From Candidatus Omnitrophota bacterium (GTDB lineage: Bacteria; Omnitrophota; Gorgyraeia; Zapsychrales; JANLHA01): a DNA stretch of 64,000 nucleotides. Location: contig OY759724.1 in assembly GCA_963662715.1 (NCBI GenBank), forward strand, positions 2,074,662 to 2,138,661, in the 5' to 3' direction. The notes under the pieces were generated by a model that searched no databases, was not told the DNA's origin, and saw only the letters and a list, made by a program, of their open reading frames with translations. The position numbers and the translations under genes were made by a program. Position 1 is the first letter of the stretch; the number at the start of each line of letters is the position of its first letter. Shown here in pieces: positions 40,371 through 50,018 of the stretch.

Positions 40371-41567
40371 AATATTTTTCTTCTCTAAAATGATTGGCAA
40401 AGCAGGTTTTGTTTTTGCCGCTGAATTTTGCGATATACATGGCTTTATCCGCCATGGCGATTAAATCTTCTTTGTTCATCGCGTCATCAGGGTAATTGGC
40501 CAGCCCAAGGCTGATTGTCATGTGAAGAGACTGGCCTTCCGAAGGCTCGGGAAAAGAATATTCCTCAATACGCTTGCGTAATCTCTCGGCGATATCCCAT
40601 CCTTGATCGAGATTGGCTCCCGATAAGATAATCGCAAATTCCTCCCCTCCGTAACGGCAGACAAAGTCAATATCCCGGGAGGAGTTGGTGAGTATCTGGG
40701 CCATGTTTTTCAGGAGCTGGTCTCCATGCTGATGCCCGTAGGTGTCGTTGATTTTTTTAAAGTCGTCAATATCAATCATAACCAGGCTTAACGGCTGTTT
40801 CAGCAGGATAGCCTGGTTAAGTTCTTCCGTCAGTTTTTCTTGAAAGAAACGGTGATTCCAGAGACCGGTGATTGGGTCGGTCAGGCTTTGCAGAACAACC
40901 ATTTCGTATAAATGGGAGTTTTCGATGGCAAGCCCGGCTTGGTTGGCCAGCATGGTAAAAATTTTTATGTCATCCTGACTGATAGGCTTTTGGGTGTAAA
41001 TATTGTCGGCGATAATGAGTCCGTTAACCTCGTCTTTGGCTTTAAGGGGCATGATGAGCAGTTCATTCGTGTAGAATATTTTTAGAAGAGGATCATCTTT
41101 ATATTCCGATATGGCATAAGGAAGCAGATGCCAGGGGGTCCCTCTGAAGTAGGCTTGGGAAAGGAGAAAAGGGCTGACGGGGTCCAGAGGAAAGCGAAGG
41201 TCTTTCACCGATTTAAAAAGGCTTGCCTGGTCGATAGTGTTGTAAACTTTATCGGCTTGAATGAGGTCGTTAAGATCCTGGTTGCAGTTTTCGATGTATT
41301 CCAGACTTTATTGGCATGTTCTCCCGATTCCGGGCCTATGGCCATTTTGCATTCCAGGACTTTTTTCTGTGAGTTGACAAGAAAGAGAATCGCCCGGTTG
41401 TACCCGAGCCCGGTGTGGGAGGTGACTCCTGTCAGGATAATATAGAGGATATGATTCAGTTCAAGGGTCGTCCTCATGGCGCAGCTTACTTCGTAGAGGA
41501 CGTTGAGCTCCCGGTTCGCTTGTTTGATGCGGTTTTCGGTCATGTCTCTTGTTGTGATTTCAGTCAT
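40369..41567 (-). CDS. GAF-GGDEF diguanylate cyclase, present as two abutting ORFs (41567-41205 and 41208-40369); probable frameshift inside the GAF domain
   Basis: The C-terminal ORF has the GGDEF motif RYGGEEF and the end of a GAF domain. The N-terminal ORF holds the start of a GAF domain. The lower frame stays open upstream to 41307, so the shift lies between 41208 and 41307. Confidence 0.65.
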
Positions 41568-41802
41568 TTATTCTTAATATTATTGAAAAATTTCCCTAAG
41601 TCTTCTTGGATTGCAAGATAGCATTTTCCCTGATCTTTGTCAAGATGAGAAATGTTTGATCTTTGGGGGCGGTAATCACTTTAATATATTGATATATAAA
41701 GATTTAAGAATTTAATATAATAGAAAAAATCTGGGAAGCGCTTTCTTGACACTCATTATAGCATATGTTATACTTGGACAGTTTAACTTAATGTTTTTCA
41801 AC

Positions 41803-42375
41803 ATGATAAGAGAAATTCTTACAATTGTAAACATCGTTGACGTTGTCGTATTTTTCATCTTCATAAGAAGCGCCTATATTGGCTTTACCCAAGGACTTAT
41901 CGTGGAGCTTTTTAAGATGATGGGGATACTTTTTGCGACATTCTTTACATTGCATTATTTTATTATTTTGACTTCTTACTTAGGCGGGGTTCTTCCTTTG
42001 CCGATGGATATGATCGTCGTTGTGGCCTATATTATGATATGGGTGATTATGGTCGCTTTATTTGCTGTCGTCCGGCAGGGGTGGATGCTGGGTTTTCCAC
42101 CCATTGAAAAAACGTTTATATACAAGATATTGGGAGGGGTTTTGGGGACGATTCGGGCCATGTTCGTCAGCGGTTTGTTGTTTCTAGTGATATTTATTTC
42201 ATCAAGCGCAATTTTAGTTCAATCGGCTCGCTCCTCCTTTGCAGGCTTTTACCTTAAAAGTATTTCAGTAGATTTTTATAAATCCTGTTATATGAATTTC
42301 ATTGTAAGAGTCTTCCCCAAAGAACCCATGAATGATAAGATATTTGAATTTTTCCCGGAAGAACTCAAAAGGTAA
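41803..42375 (+). CDS. cvpA: CvpA-family membrane protein (colicin V production protein-like)
   Basis: Four TM helices; N-terminal pattern M-x-x-ILTIVNIVDVVVFFIFIRSAYIGFTQG resembles CvpA. I preferred ATG 41803 over the ORF start 41746. Confidence 0.45.
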   Translation: MIREILTIVNIVDVVVFFIFIRSAYIGFTQGLIVELFKMMGILFATFFTLHYFIILTSYLGGVLPLPMDMIVVVAYIMIWVIMVALFAVVRQGWMLGFPPIEKTFIYKILGGVLGTIRAMFVSGLLFLVIFISSSAILVQSARSSFAGFYLKSISVDFYKSCYMNFIVRVFPKEPMNDKIFEFFPEELKR

Positions 42376-42431
42376 CTGAGTTTGCTCCGCGGCTTTTTGA
42401 ACCTTTCGATTGGCTCAGAAAAGGACATCCA

Positions 42432-43400
42432 TTGAAGCTGAGGGATATTTTTGATTTACTTGTTCGAGAAGGTGTTCAGGCGGATTTAAGGCCTCTTAAG
42501 CAAATTCAAGGGCAACAGCGGCGGCTTAAAAAAGAATATCAGTTGTTGCCGGAAAAAAAACGTAAGTTCTTTGACAAAGAACGCTTGTCTAATCCTTATT
42601 CAGATTCCCGGGTTTTATCCGGGGACCCCGATCTGGATGTGACACAAATTTTGGTGGGTATTGATATCGGCGTCGGGGAACTTCTCGTGGCCAATCAGTT
42701 GCGACAGTCCGGAATAGCTGTTGACGCGGTCTTAAGTCATCATCCTCTGGGGAAAGCTTTGGCCGGCTTGACGGATGTGATGGGGATTCAGACGGACATT
42801 TTGATAAAACAGGGGGTGAAGGATGCCGCGGCCAAAGGCTTGATGGAAAGGCGGATAGGGGAGGTTGCCCGTCGGTTGCATGGCCAGAATCATGAGCAGG
42901 TCGTTGATGCCGCCCGCTTGCTGGGTATCCCGCTGCTGTGCTGTCATACCCCGGCCGATAATCATGTCGCGAGCTATTTGCAGACCCTGATGGAACGGCG
43001 GCATCCCAAAAAACTGGAGGACGTCGTAGAGCTCCTTTTGAAAGAGCCGGAATATCAGGAAGCCGCCTTAAGAGGGGCCGGCCCGCATATTTTGGCCGGG
43101 GAGCCGGACGATAAAGCCGGACGTATTCTGGTTGATATGACAGGAGGGGCGGAAGGTTCCAAAGAGACTTTTGCCCGGCTATCTCAGCTCGGGATTAATA
43201 CCTTGTTGATCATGCATTATTCAGAAGGGCATTATCAAAAGGTTAAAAACGAATATTTAAATGTGGTTAACGCTGGTCATATTGCCAGCGATACTTTGGG
43301 GATAAATTTAATTTTAGATAAGTTGGAACGACAGGCACAATTGCAAGTTTTGGAATGTTCCGGATTCAGGAGATTTAAACGTTATGGGACTCATCCCTGA
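42432..43400 (+). CDS. Nif3-like dinuclear metal centre protein (GTP cyclohydrolase I type 2 homologue family)
   Basis: HHP motif (AVLSHHPLGK) and C-terminal HYSEGHY motif, as in YqfO/YbgI. It sits next to dnaG-rpoD, as in the Bacillus sigA region. Confidence 0.55.
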   Translation: MKLRDIFDLLVREGVQADLRPLKQIQGQQRRLKKEYQLLPEKKRKFFDKERLSNPYSDSRVLSGDPDLDVTQILVGIDIGVGELLVANQLRQSGIAVDAVLSHHPLGKALAGLTDVMGIQTDILIKQGVKDAAAKGLMERRIGEVARRLHGQNHEQVVDAARLLGIPLLCCHTPADNHVASYLQTLMERRHPKKLEDVVELLLKEPEYQEAALRGAGPHILAGEPDDKAGRILVDMTGGAEGSKETFARLSQLGINTLLIMHYSEGHYQKVKNEYLNVVNAGHIASDTLGINLILDKLERQAQLQVLECSGFRRFKRYGTHP

Positions 43401-45165
43401 AGATACCGTCCGCCAGATCCTCGATCGGGTGGATATCGTTGATGTGATTTCTTCATGGCTCCCTTTGAAACGGGCCGGACGGAACTATAAAGCTCCGTGC
43501 CCTTTTCACCAGGAAAAGACTCCGTCTTTTGTCGTTAATCCTGATAAGCAGATTTTTCATTGCTTCGGTTGCGGAATCGGGGGGAATGTGGTTTCTTTTG
43601 TGATGCAGCAGGAGCAGATAAGTTTTCCGGAAGCCATGAGACTCCTGGCGGACCGATGCGGTGTGGTCATCCCTCAGACGGATTCCCATCGCTCGCAGAA
43701 AGATAAACAGAGGGAACAGATTCTTGAGGCCACGCAGTTGGCGTGTCAGTTTTATCATCGGCAGTTGCTGTCTTCCCGAAGTGAAGGGGCTCGGGAGGCG
43801 CGTAGCTATTTGAAGGAGCGCGGCATTCATCTTGAGCCGGTCCAGGAATATCAATTGGGCTATGCGCCGGATCAATGGGAGTCTTTATTGATCTTTCTAA
43901 GAGACAAAGGTGTTCCGCCGGATATCATGGATAAAGCCGGTCTGATTATCCCTCGGCAGAAGCAGCCAGGATATTATGATAGATTTCGTAACCGGATTAT
44001 CTTTCCGATCCTGGACAGACGAGGCCGCTGTCTGGCTTTTGGCGCACGCTCCCTGGAGAAGGACAACCCGGCGAAATATATCAATTCCCCGGAGACCGTG
44101 CTTTATACGAAAGGTCACCACCTGTACGGACTGAACTGGGCCAAAGACGCTATCGTTCAGGAAGACCAGGCCATCGTCGTTGAAGGATATATCGATTTTA
44201 TTACCCCATTTCATGCCGGTATAAAAAATATCGTCGCTTCATTGGGAACCGCTTTGACCGTGGAGCAGATCCGGATTTTGAGCCGGTATACTCACAATGT
44301 GTTCATGCTGTTTGACTCGGACGAGGCCGGAGAACAGGCGATGATGCGGAGCCTGGATTTGCTGGTTGAAGAGGGGTTTAACGTCCGCATCGCAACCCTG
44401 GCGGTTGGGGAGGACCCGGATTCTTTTATCCGGAAACATTCCGTCCGCGATTTTAAAGACCGTTTGGCGCAGGCCGAGACATTTTTTGATTTTAAATTGC
44501 GTGTTCTTTTATCGCGACATAATTCCCAAACGATTGAAGGGCGGGCCCAAATTTCTTCGGACATGTTGCAAACTGTGGCTAAGTTCCCGAATGCTGTCAT
44601 TCGGGCGGAATATGTGAAGCGTTTAGCCGGTGCTCTTTGTTTGTCTGAGGAGGCTTTGGCTTTTGAGTTTAAGAGAATCCTGGCCAGCCACGGCCAGCAG
44701 CAAAAGGCATCAGCGCCTTCCCCGGCGGGAGGGGTTGAAACGGCTTTTCCTGTCCGTCCTGTCGAACGGGATATGCTCCGTTTGCTGCTTAATGAACAGA
44801 GTTTCGTCCCGCTAACGAAGGAGTTGTTGTCCCTTTCTGATTTTCATAACGAAGACGTACGGTCTGTTATGGCGAAAGTTTTTGAGTTGTACGAGGAAAG
44901 ACAAGAAGTTCATTTGTCTGACTTAATGTGTTGTTTCGAGGATCAAAAGATTTTGCAAATGATATCTCATCTGGTTGCCGATGAGGAGTTTGTTGTTGGC
45001 GATAAGCAGCGTTTCCATAAAGATTGCTTGCATCGTTTGCGTCAGGACCGGCTGAAAATGATTCGACAAGATATTTTGCGGCAGATGCGACAGGCTGATC
45101 AGCAGGGAGATGCAGAGAAGCTGGAGGAATTAATGCTGGAGTTTAATCGAATTGTAAAAAATTAA
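43384..45165 (+). CDS. dnaG: DNA primase
   Basis: Zinc-finger CPFHQEKTPSFVVNPDKQIFHCFGCG and a TOPRIM region (EGYIDF...). Confidence 0.85.
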   Translation: MGLIPEDTVRQILDRVDIVDVISSWLPLKRAGRNYKAPCPFHQEKTPSFVVNPDKQIFHCFGCGIGGNVVSFVMQQEQISFPEAMRLLADRCGVVIPQTDSHRSQKDKQREQILEATQLACQFYHRQLLSSRSEGAREARSYLKERGIHLEPVQEYQLGYAPDQWESLLIFLRDKGVPPDIMDKAGLIIPRQKQPGYYDRFRNRIIFPILDRRGRCLAFGARSLEKDNPAKYINSPETVLYTKGHHLYGLNWAKDAIVQEDQAIVVEGYIDFITPFHAGIKNIVASLGTALTVEQIRILSRYTHNVFMLFDSDEAGEQAMMRSLDLLVEEGFNVRIATLAVGEDPDSFIRKHSVRDFKDRLAQAETFFDFKLRVLLSRHNSQTIEGRAQISSDMLQTVAKFPNAVIRAEYVKRLAGALCLSEEALAFEFKRILASHGQQQKASAPSPAGGVETAFPVRPVERDMLRLLLNEQSFVPLTKELLSLSDFHNEDVRSVMAKVFELYEERQEVHLSDLMCCFEDQKILQMISHLVADEEFVVGDKQRFHKDCLHRLRQDRLKMIRQDILRQMRQADQQGDAEKLEELMLEFNRIVKN

Positions 45166-45177
45166 TGAGGTAAATGA

Positions 45178-46758
45178 ATGGATAAAAAGGATTTAAAAGT
45201 TGATTTGGAAAAACTGATTGCTTTGGGGAAAAAGAAGGGATTCCTGACCTATGACGAGGTCAATTCCACATTATCCGAAAACGTTGATTCCTCCGAAGAC
45301 ATCGATCATGTTTTTGAGATCTTAGACGGGAAGAATATTAAAGTCCTGGAATCGGACGATGACTTTGTCCCCCCGGAAGACGAAGAGGGCGAAACCCGCG
45401 AACAACAACTGAGACGTTTGCGTGAGGAGCAAAACCGGGATGACGATTATGCGGATAAGTTTATCCCCCTGGACGACCCTGTCAAAATGTATCTCAAACA
45501 GATGGGGTCTATCCCTCTGTTAATGCGCGACGAAGAGATTAACCTTGCAAAACGCATTGAGGAAACAGAGCATCGGTTAGCCGAGGCCCTTTTTGTGACC
45601 GCTTTTGCCCGGAAGGAAGCCCTGGATGTCGTGGGCAAGGTCCTTAAAGAGGAGATCAATGTCGAAGATGTCATTAAGGATGAGCTGGAAAGACGTCCGA
45701 AGCTTATCCGTGATCTCAAGAGAATCATGAAGAAGGTGAAGTACTCCCGGATAGGCACCGAGCAGTCGGCCAAGGCGCTGGCGGAATTTAAGTTAACGGC
45801 CTCCTTTAATGAAGATACGATCAATAAGATTGTTGAGATCGTGGAGAGTATTGCCAAGATTGAGAAGGCCCTGAAAGGGAAAAGAAAAAGCGCGAGCGTT
45901 CAGGAATTGAAAGCTCGCAAGAAAAAATTGGAAAAAGAACTGGGCGAGCCGGTCGGCAAGGTTAAAGACCAGTTGAGAGTTATTAAAATCCGGCAGTCAA
46001 AATTCAACAAAGCCAAAAAATTGCTGGTGGAAGCGAATCTGCGGCTGGTTGTCAGTATCGCGAAGAAATACATTAATCGGGGGCTTTCTTTTCTCGACCT
46101 GATACAGGAAGGAAACATGGGGCTGATTCGGGCTGTTGAAAAGTTTGAGTATAAACGGGGATACAAGTTTTCCACCTACGCCACCTGGTGGATTCGTCAG
46201 GCCATTACCAGGTCTATTGCTGATCAGGCCAGAACGATTCGCATCCCGGTGCATATGACGGAAACGATCAATAAAATCATTCGTGTTTCCCGGTTGTTTG
46301 TCCAGGAATACGGCCGTGAGCCGACCGCCCAGGAAATTGCCAAGCAGATGCGTATCCCGGTCAGCAAAGTTAAAGAGATACTGAAAATTTCTCAAGTGCC
46401 CATTTCTCTGCAGACACCCATTGGGGATGAAGGGGATACGAATTTCGGTGATTTTATCGAGGACAAGAAGGCTGTCTCCCCGGCGAATGCAACGCTGCAC
46501 TCCATGCTGAAGGAGGAAATCACGTCTGTTTTGCAAACCCTGGACGAAAGAGAACGCAAAATCCTGGAGCTGCGCTTTGGGATTCATGACGGTACGAGCC
46601 GGACGCTGGAAGAAGTCGGTACGGAATTTAATGTCACGAGGGAAAGGGTCCGGCAAATAGAATCTAAAGCATTGAGAAAATTGCGACATCCCACAAGATC
46701 CCGGAGGATAAAGACTTTTCTTGATATTTCTGCCAAGGAGGCTGAAGGTATCATTTAA
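45178..46758 (+). CDS. rpoD: RNA polymerase sigma factor RpoD (sigma70)
   Basis: Region 2 ([39 protein letters not shown]) and the region 4 HTH ([29 protein letters not shown]). Confidence 0.9.
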   Translation: MDKKDLKVDLEKLIALGKKKGFLTYDEVNSTLSENVDSSEDIDHVFEILDGKNIKVLESDDDFVPPEDEEGETREQQLRRLREEQNRDDDYADKFIPLDDPVKMYLKQMGSIPLLMRDEEINLAKRIEETEHRLAEALFVTAFARKEALDVVGKVLKEEINVEDVIKDELERRPKLIRDLKRIMKKVKYSRIGTEQSAKALAEFKLTASFNEDTINKIVEIVESIAKIEKALKGKRKSASVQELKARKKKLEKELGEPVGKVKDQLRVIKIRQSKFNKAKKLLVEANLRLVVSIAKKYINRGLSFLDLIQEGNMGLIRAVEKFEYKRGYKFSTYATWWIRQAITRSIADQARTIRIPVHMTETINKIIRVSRLFVQEYGREPTAQEIAKQMRIPVSKVKEILKISQVPISLQTPIGDEGDTNFGDFIEDKKAVSPANATLHSMLKEEITSVLQTLDERERKILELRFGIHDGTSRTLEEVGTEFNVTRERVRQIESKALRKLRHPTRSRRIKTFLDISAKEAEGII

Positions 46759-46958
46759 AATGATTTTGAATGATGGTTAAGGCCTGCGAGACAGCTTTTT
46801 CTTGTGGGCTTTTTCTCTGTCTGGGGCAACCGTTGTTGGAGGCTGAAGGCGGCTCGTTGCAAAGGCCCGGAGGCCCGCTTTCCGGTTCTCCTCTTTAGAT
46901 GTTGCGCGATTTGTGCTATACTTTCTTTATAATTGCGTAAACTATCAGAATTAATATT

Positions 46959-47876
46959 ATGAAAAAAATTATTATATTTATATTTGTTCTTCTGTTTGTT
47001 GGCCCGCAGTTTTCTTATGCCAAGTCCAGGAAATTGGATGACCAGACGAAAGACCTTTGTAACCAGGTGATGGTGGAGATCTTCAAGGAAATTTATTCCC
47101 TGAAGAACAAACATAAGGAACTGTCCCAGTTCGACAAGAAGGTCCTGCTTAAAAATAAATTAGGTATTTATACCATTGTTTACAAATATAAAGAGGAGCT
47201 GGAATATCCTGACGGGACGATTGAGGTGAAAGTCCCTTATTCTTTTGCCGTGACGATCGACCGTTTAAAGGACGAGACATTCCCGCAAAGGGACGGTTCT
47301 TTTGCCTACAGTTTTCCGGCTTTGAGTCTGAAATTCGCCGGATATCAAAATAAACGTTTGTTAAGGACGCAGTTCAACCTCCTGCCGGTTTTAGGGAAAC
47401 ACGGCAAAGTGCTTAACGACTATCAGCAGCAATTTCTCCCGGTCAGACTGTTCATCAGGACCTCCAAGCAGGAGTACAAGGTCGATGAAACGGTTGACTT
47501 TGCCGTTTTGTTAACGAATGTCAGCAAAGCCAATCTTATCATGAAAAAATTGGATTCGGAAACCCTTCATTTCTCTGTTAACGGTCGTATTTGGGGGGTG
47601 TTCCTTGAAGCGCAGAATAAAAAGACCCCCACTGATCGTGCGGAAGCCGTCAGGCAGCAGCTTGAAGCGAAAAGAGCTGCCCGCAGGAAACAGGCTGAAG
47701 CTAAAAAGGATCCGAACCAGGTCAGTGGTTTGCTGGAATCCGGCGAAGCTTTTATTATTAACCTTCAGGGGACGACGTTTTCTGAACCTCAGGAGGTTGT
47801 TGTGGAAGCCGTGTACCAAATTCCCATCAGAGGCGTATATCCATCTGCCACTTTTAAATTTAAAGTCGTTGAGTAG
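46959..47876 (+). CDS. Hypothetical secreted protein
   Basis: Signal peptide MKKIIIFIFVLLFVGPQFSYA. I recognised no motif. Confidence 0.5.
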   Translation: MKKIIIFIFVLLFVGPQFSYAKSRKLDDQTKDLCNQVMVEIFKEIYSLKNKHKELSQFDKKVLLKNKLGIYTIVYKYKEELEYPDGTIEVKVPYSFAVTIDRLKDETFPQRDGSFAYSFPALSLKFAGYQNKRLLRTQFNLLPVLGKHGKVLNDYQQQFLPVRLFIRTSKQEYKVDETVDFAVLLTNVSKANLIMKKLDSETLHFSVNGRIWGVFLEAQNKKTPTDRAEAVRQQLEAKRAARRKQAEAKKDPNQVSGLLESGEAFIINLQGTTFSEPQEVVVEAVYQIPIRGVYPSATFKFKVVE

Positions 47877-48048
47877 TCGCTTCGTTTTTTTTCCATTCAG
47901 ATTCCTCTTGTTTTTCATGCTTAAGAGGCTTTTTCTGGAAATGATATAACCTGGCGAGTTTCATGCGTTTATTTTATTGAAAAACCATGTTCGTTATGTT
48001 ATGCTGAATAGCAAATTTTGGGATTAAAAGAGGATTTTTGTTTGTCCC

Positions 48049-48122
48049 GGGCCCATAGCTCAGTCGGTCAGAGCAGTTGACTCATAATCAATTGGTCCCA
48101 GGTTCGAGTCCTGGTGGGCCCA
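48049..48122 (+). tRNA. tRNA with CAT anticodon; the acceptor stem (C4-G69, C5-G68) and TTGGTC variable loop resemble tRNA-Ile2 (lysidine) rather than elongator Met; no encoded CCA
   Basis: Cloverleaf folded by hand: acceptor GGGCCCA/TGGGCCC, D stem GCTC/GAGC, anticodon stem GTTGA/TCAAT with loop CTCATAA, T arm CCAGG-TTCGAGT-CCTGG. Confidence 0.8.
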
Positions 48123-48177
48123 GATAATACTGATATGTTTTGTCGCAAAGCAGGTTGTGCTTCCTTACGAATAAAAT

Positions 48178-48254
48178 GGGCGCATAGCTCAGCCGGTTAG
48201 AGTGCTGCCCTCACATGGCAGAGGTCGAAGGTTCGAGTCCTTCTGTGCCCACCA
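48178..48254 (+). tRNA. tRNA-Val (anticodon CAC), CCA encoded
   Basis: Acceptor GGGCGCA/TGTGCCC, anticodon stem CTGCC/GGCAG with loop CTCACAT, T arm GAAGG-TTCGAGT-CCTTC, then ACCA. Confidence 0.85.
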
Positions 48255-48314
48255 AAATTATATAATCTTTAGTGCAAAGGACAATTCGCTCTACGGGAAA
48301 GAAAGGAATAACGA

Positions 48315-49043
48315 TTGGAACAGATTGATATCAAAGAGCAAATCAGCGAATTATTGAAGCTGCAGCACGTAGATGCGGAAATTTATGATCTTAAAAGACA
48401 GTTAGAGGAAAAGCCGGAATATCTCAAGTCCCTTCAGGAGCAGTTTGAGGCTAAAAAGACCGTTTTTCATCAATTAGAGGAAAAACATAAGGCCGTACAG
48501 CTTGAACGGAAGTCCCAGGAAGGCGACCTGCAGGCGAAAGATGACGCTATCGCCAAGGCGAATATGCAACTGTCACAAATAAAAAACAACAAAGAATATA
48601 CTGCAAAAATTAATGAAATAGAGAGCATTAAAGCGGATAAGTCCATTATCGAAGAGAAGATCATCCTCGCTTACGATGAGGGGGACAAGCTCAAAGACGA
48701 AATAGAAAAAGAAAAAGAACTTGTTCATCAGGAGGAGCAGCGGTATTTGCAGCAGAAAAAGGAAGTGGAGGAGAATATCCGGAGCATTGAGCAGCGGATC
48801 AAGGAATTGCATAAGCAACGCGAGGAATTGATACCCCAAATTAATCCCTCTTTCTTAAGCCGTTATGAACGTATTCTGGTTAATAAAGAAGGGTTGGCTA
48901 TCGTCCCTGTCGAGGGCCAGGCCTGCGGCGGATGTTATATGAACGTGCCTGCCCAGGTGATCAATGAAATAAAGAAATATGAGGAATTGGTTTATTGTGA
49001 GATCTGTGCTCGGATCCTTTATTTAAAAGAAAGAGAATCATAA
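48315..49043 (+). CDS. COG1579-type coiled-coil protein with C-terminal C4 zinc ribbon
   Basis: Long coiled-coil region followed by CGGC...CEIC. TTG start at 48315 with AAAGGAA upstream. Its position directly upstream of rnhA is a widely conserved pairing. Confidence 0.55.
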   Translation: MEQIDIKEQISELLKLQHVDAEIYDLKRQLEEKPEYLKSLQEQFEAKKTVFHQLEEKHKAVQLERKSQEGDLQAKDDAIAKANMQLSQIKNNKEYTAKINEIESIKADKSIIEEKIILAYDEGDKLKDEIEKEKELVHQEEQRYLQQKKEVEENIRSIEQRIKELHKQREELIPQINPSFLSRYERILVNKEGLAIVPVEGQACGGCYMNVPAQVINEIKKYEELVYCEICARILYLKERES

Positions 49044-49090
49044 TTATAATAAAGAATGACGACGCGGATTCGGACCATGTCTGAGGAGCT

Positions 49091-49546
49091 ATGAGACTGA
49101 AAATATACTCTGATGGTGCTTGTAGCGGTAATCCCGGCCCCGCAGGTATTGGTGTTGTTATTCACAAAGACGGGGAAGTTGTTAAAGAGATTTCGAAGTA
49201 TATCGGAGAGGCAACGAATAATATTGCAGAGTATACGGCTGTCATTTATGCCGCTCAGGAAGCGCTGATTATGCGGGCCGATGAAGTAGCGCTTTTTACT
49301 GACAGCGAGCTTGTTTATAATCAATTGTCCGGCTATTATAAGGTTAAGGACAGCAAAATCAAGCCGCTTTTTGATCAAATTCAGCATTTAGCTGGGGGGT
49401 TCAAAAAATTTTATATCACGCATGTCCTCAGGGATAAAAACAAGGACGCTGATAAATTAGCACGTAAGGCCATTAAAGACAAGCAGGCCAAGGTGGTTGC
49501 CTCGCGGCCGGTCCAGAATCAGGTGCAGTCTGATTTATGGGCTTAA
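49091..49546 (+). CDS. rnhA: Ribonuclease HI
   Basis: IYSDGACSGNPGPAGIGVVI (catalytic Asp) and the TNN/E motif GEATNNIAEY. Confidence 0.8.
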   Translation: MRLKIYSDGACSGNPGPAGIGVVIHKDGEVVKEISKYIGEATNNIAEYTAVIYAAQEALIMRADEVALFTDSELVYNQLSGYYKVKDSKIKPLFDQIQHLAGGFKKFYITHVLRDKNKDADKLARKAIKDKQAKVVASRPVQNQVQSDLWA

Positions 49547-49897
49547 ACAAACCGCGGGGAGGAAAGTCCGGGCTCCAAAGGATATTGTATCCTGGTAACG
49601 CAGGACATCCTGATTTCCGTATCAGGGTAGGATTAGAGCTACAGTGACGATACTCGATCCTTGTTAACAGGGGTCGAGGGTGAAACGAGCAATCTCTACA
49701 AGGAGCAAGGCCAAATAGGGAGAGACACGGTGATAACACCGGGGCGAAGTGATCCGCTTCGCGAAAAGAGCGCAGCTGTTTTCGGTATCTCCGGGTAGGC
49801 TGCAAGAGTCCTTAACGTGAGTTGAGGAGTCAGTGCAATAACCATCCATCTCGCCTGTAAAAAATCGAGATGCACAAAACCCGGCTTATTGGTCTGC
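49525..49897 (+). ncRNA. rnpB: RNase P RNA (bacterial type A-like)
   Basis: Conserved blocks GGAAAGTCCGGGCTCC (P4 5' strand), GGTAACGC, AGGGTGAAA, GGAGCAAGGCCAAATAGGG, GGGTAGGCTGC and ACAAAACCCGGCTTAT (P4 3' strand), in the canonical order. Putative P1 pairs GCAGTCTG (49525-32) with TGGTCTGC (49890-97). The ends are approximate. Confidence 0.75.
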
Positions 49898-50018
49898 TTG
49901 AAATATCATTTTTGGGGAATTTTTATGAGTGTTCTGAGAGATGTCGGAATATGGCTTTTCGAAAAGAGAGCGGATTTTTTATTTGTATGAATCATGATTT
50001 AAATGAGGAGGGTTGAAT

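Noticed and set aside
41128-41445. 105-aa + strand ORF
   Set aside because: Antisense to the GAF-GGDEF gene. It probably exists only because the minus-strand gene is frameshifted there.
45997-46689. 230-aa minus-strand ORF
   Set aside because: Antisense to the highly conserved rpoD regions 2-4, so not credible as a gene.
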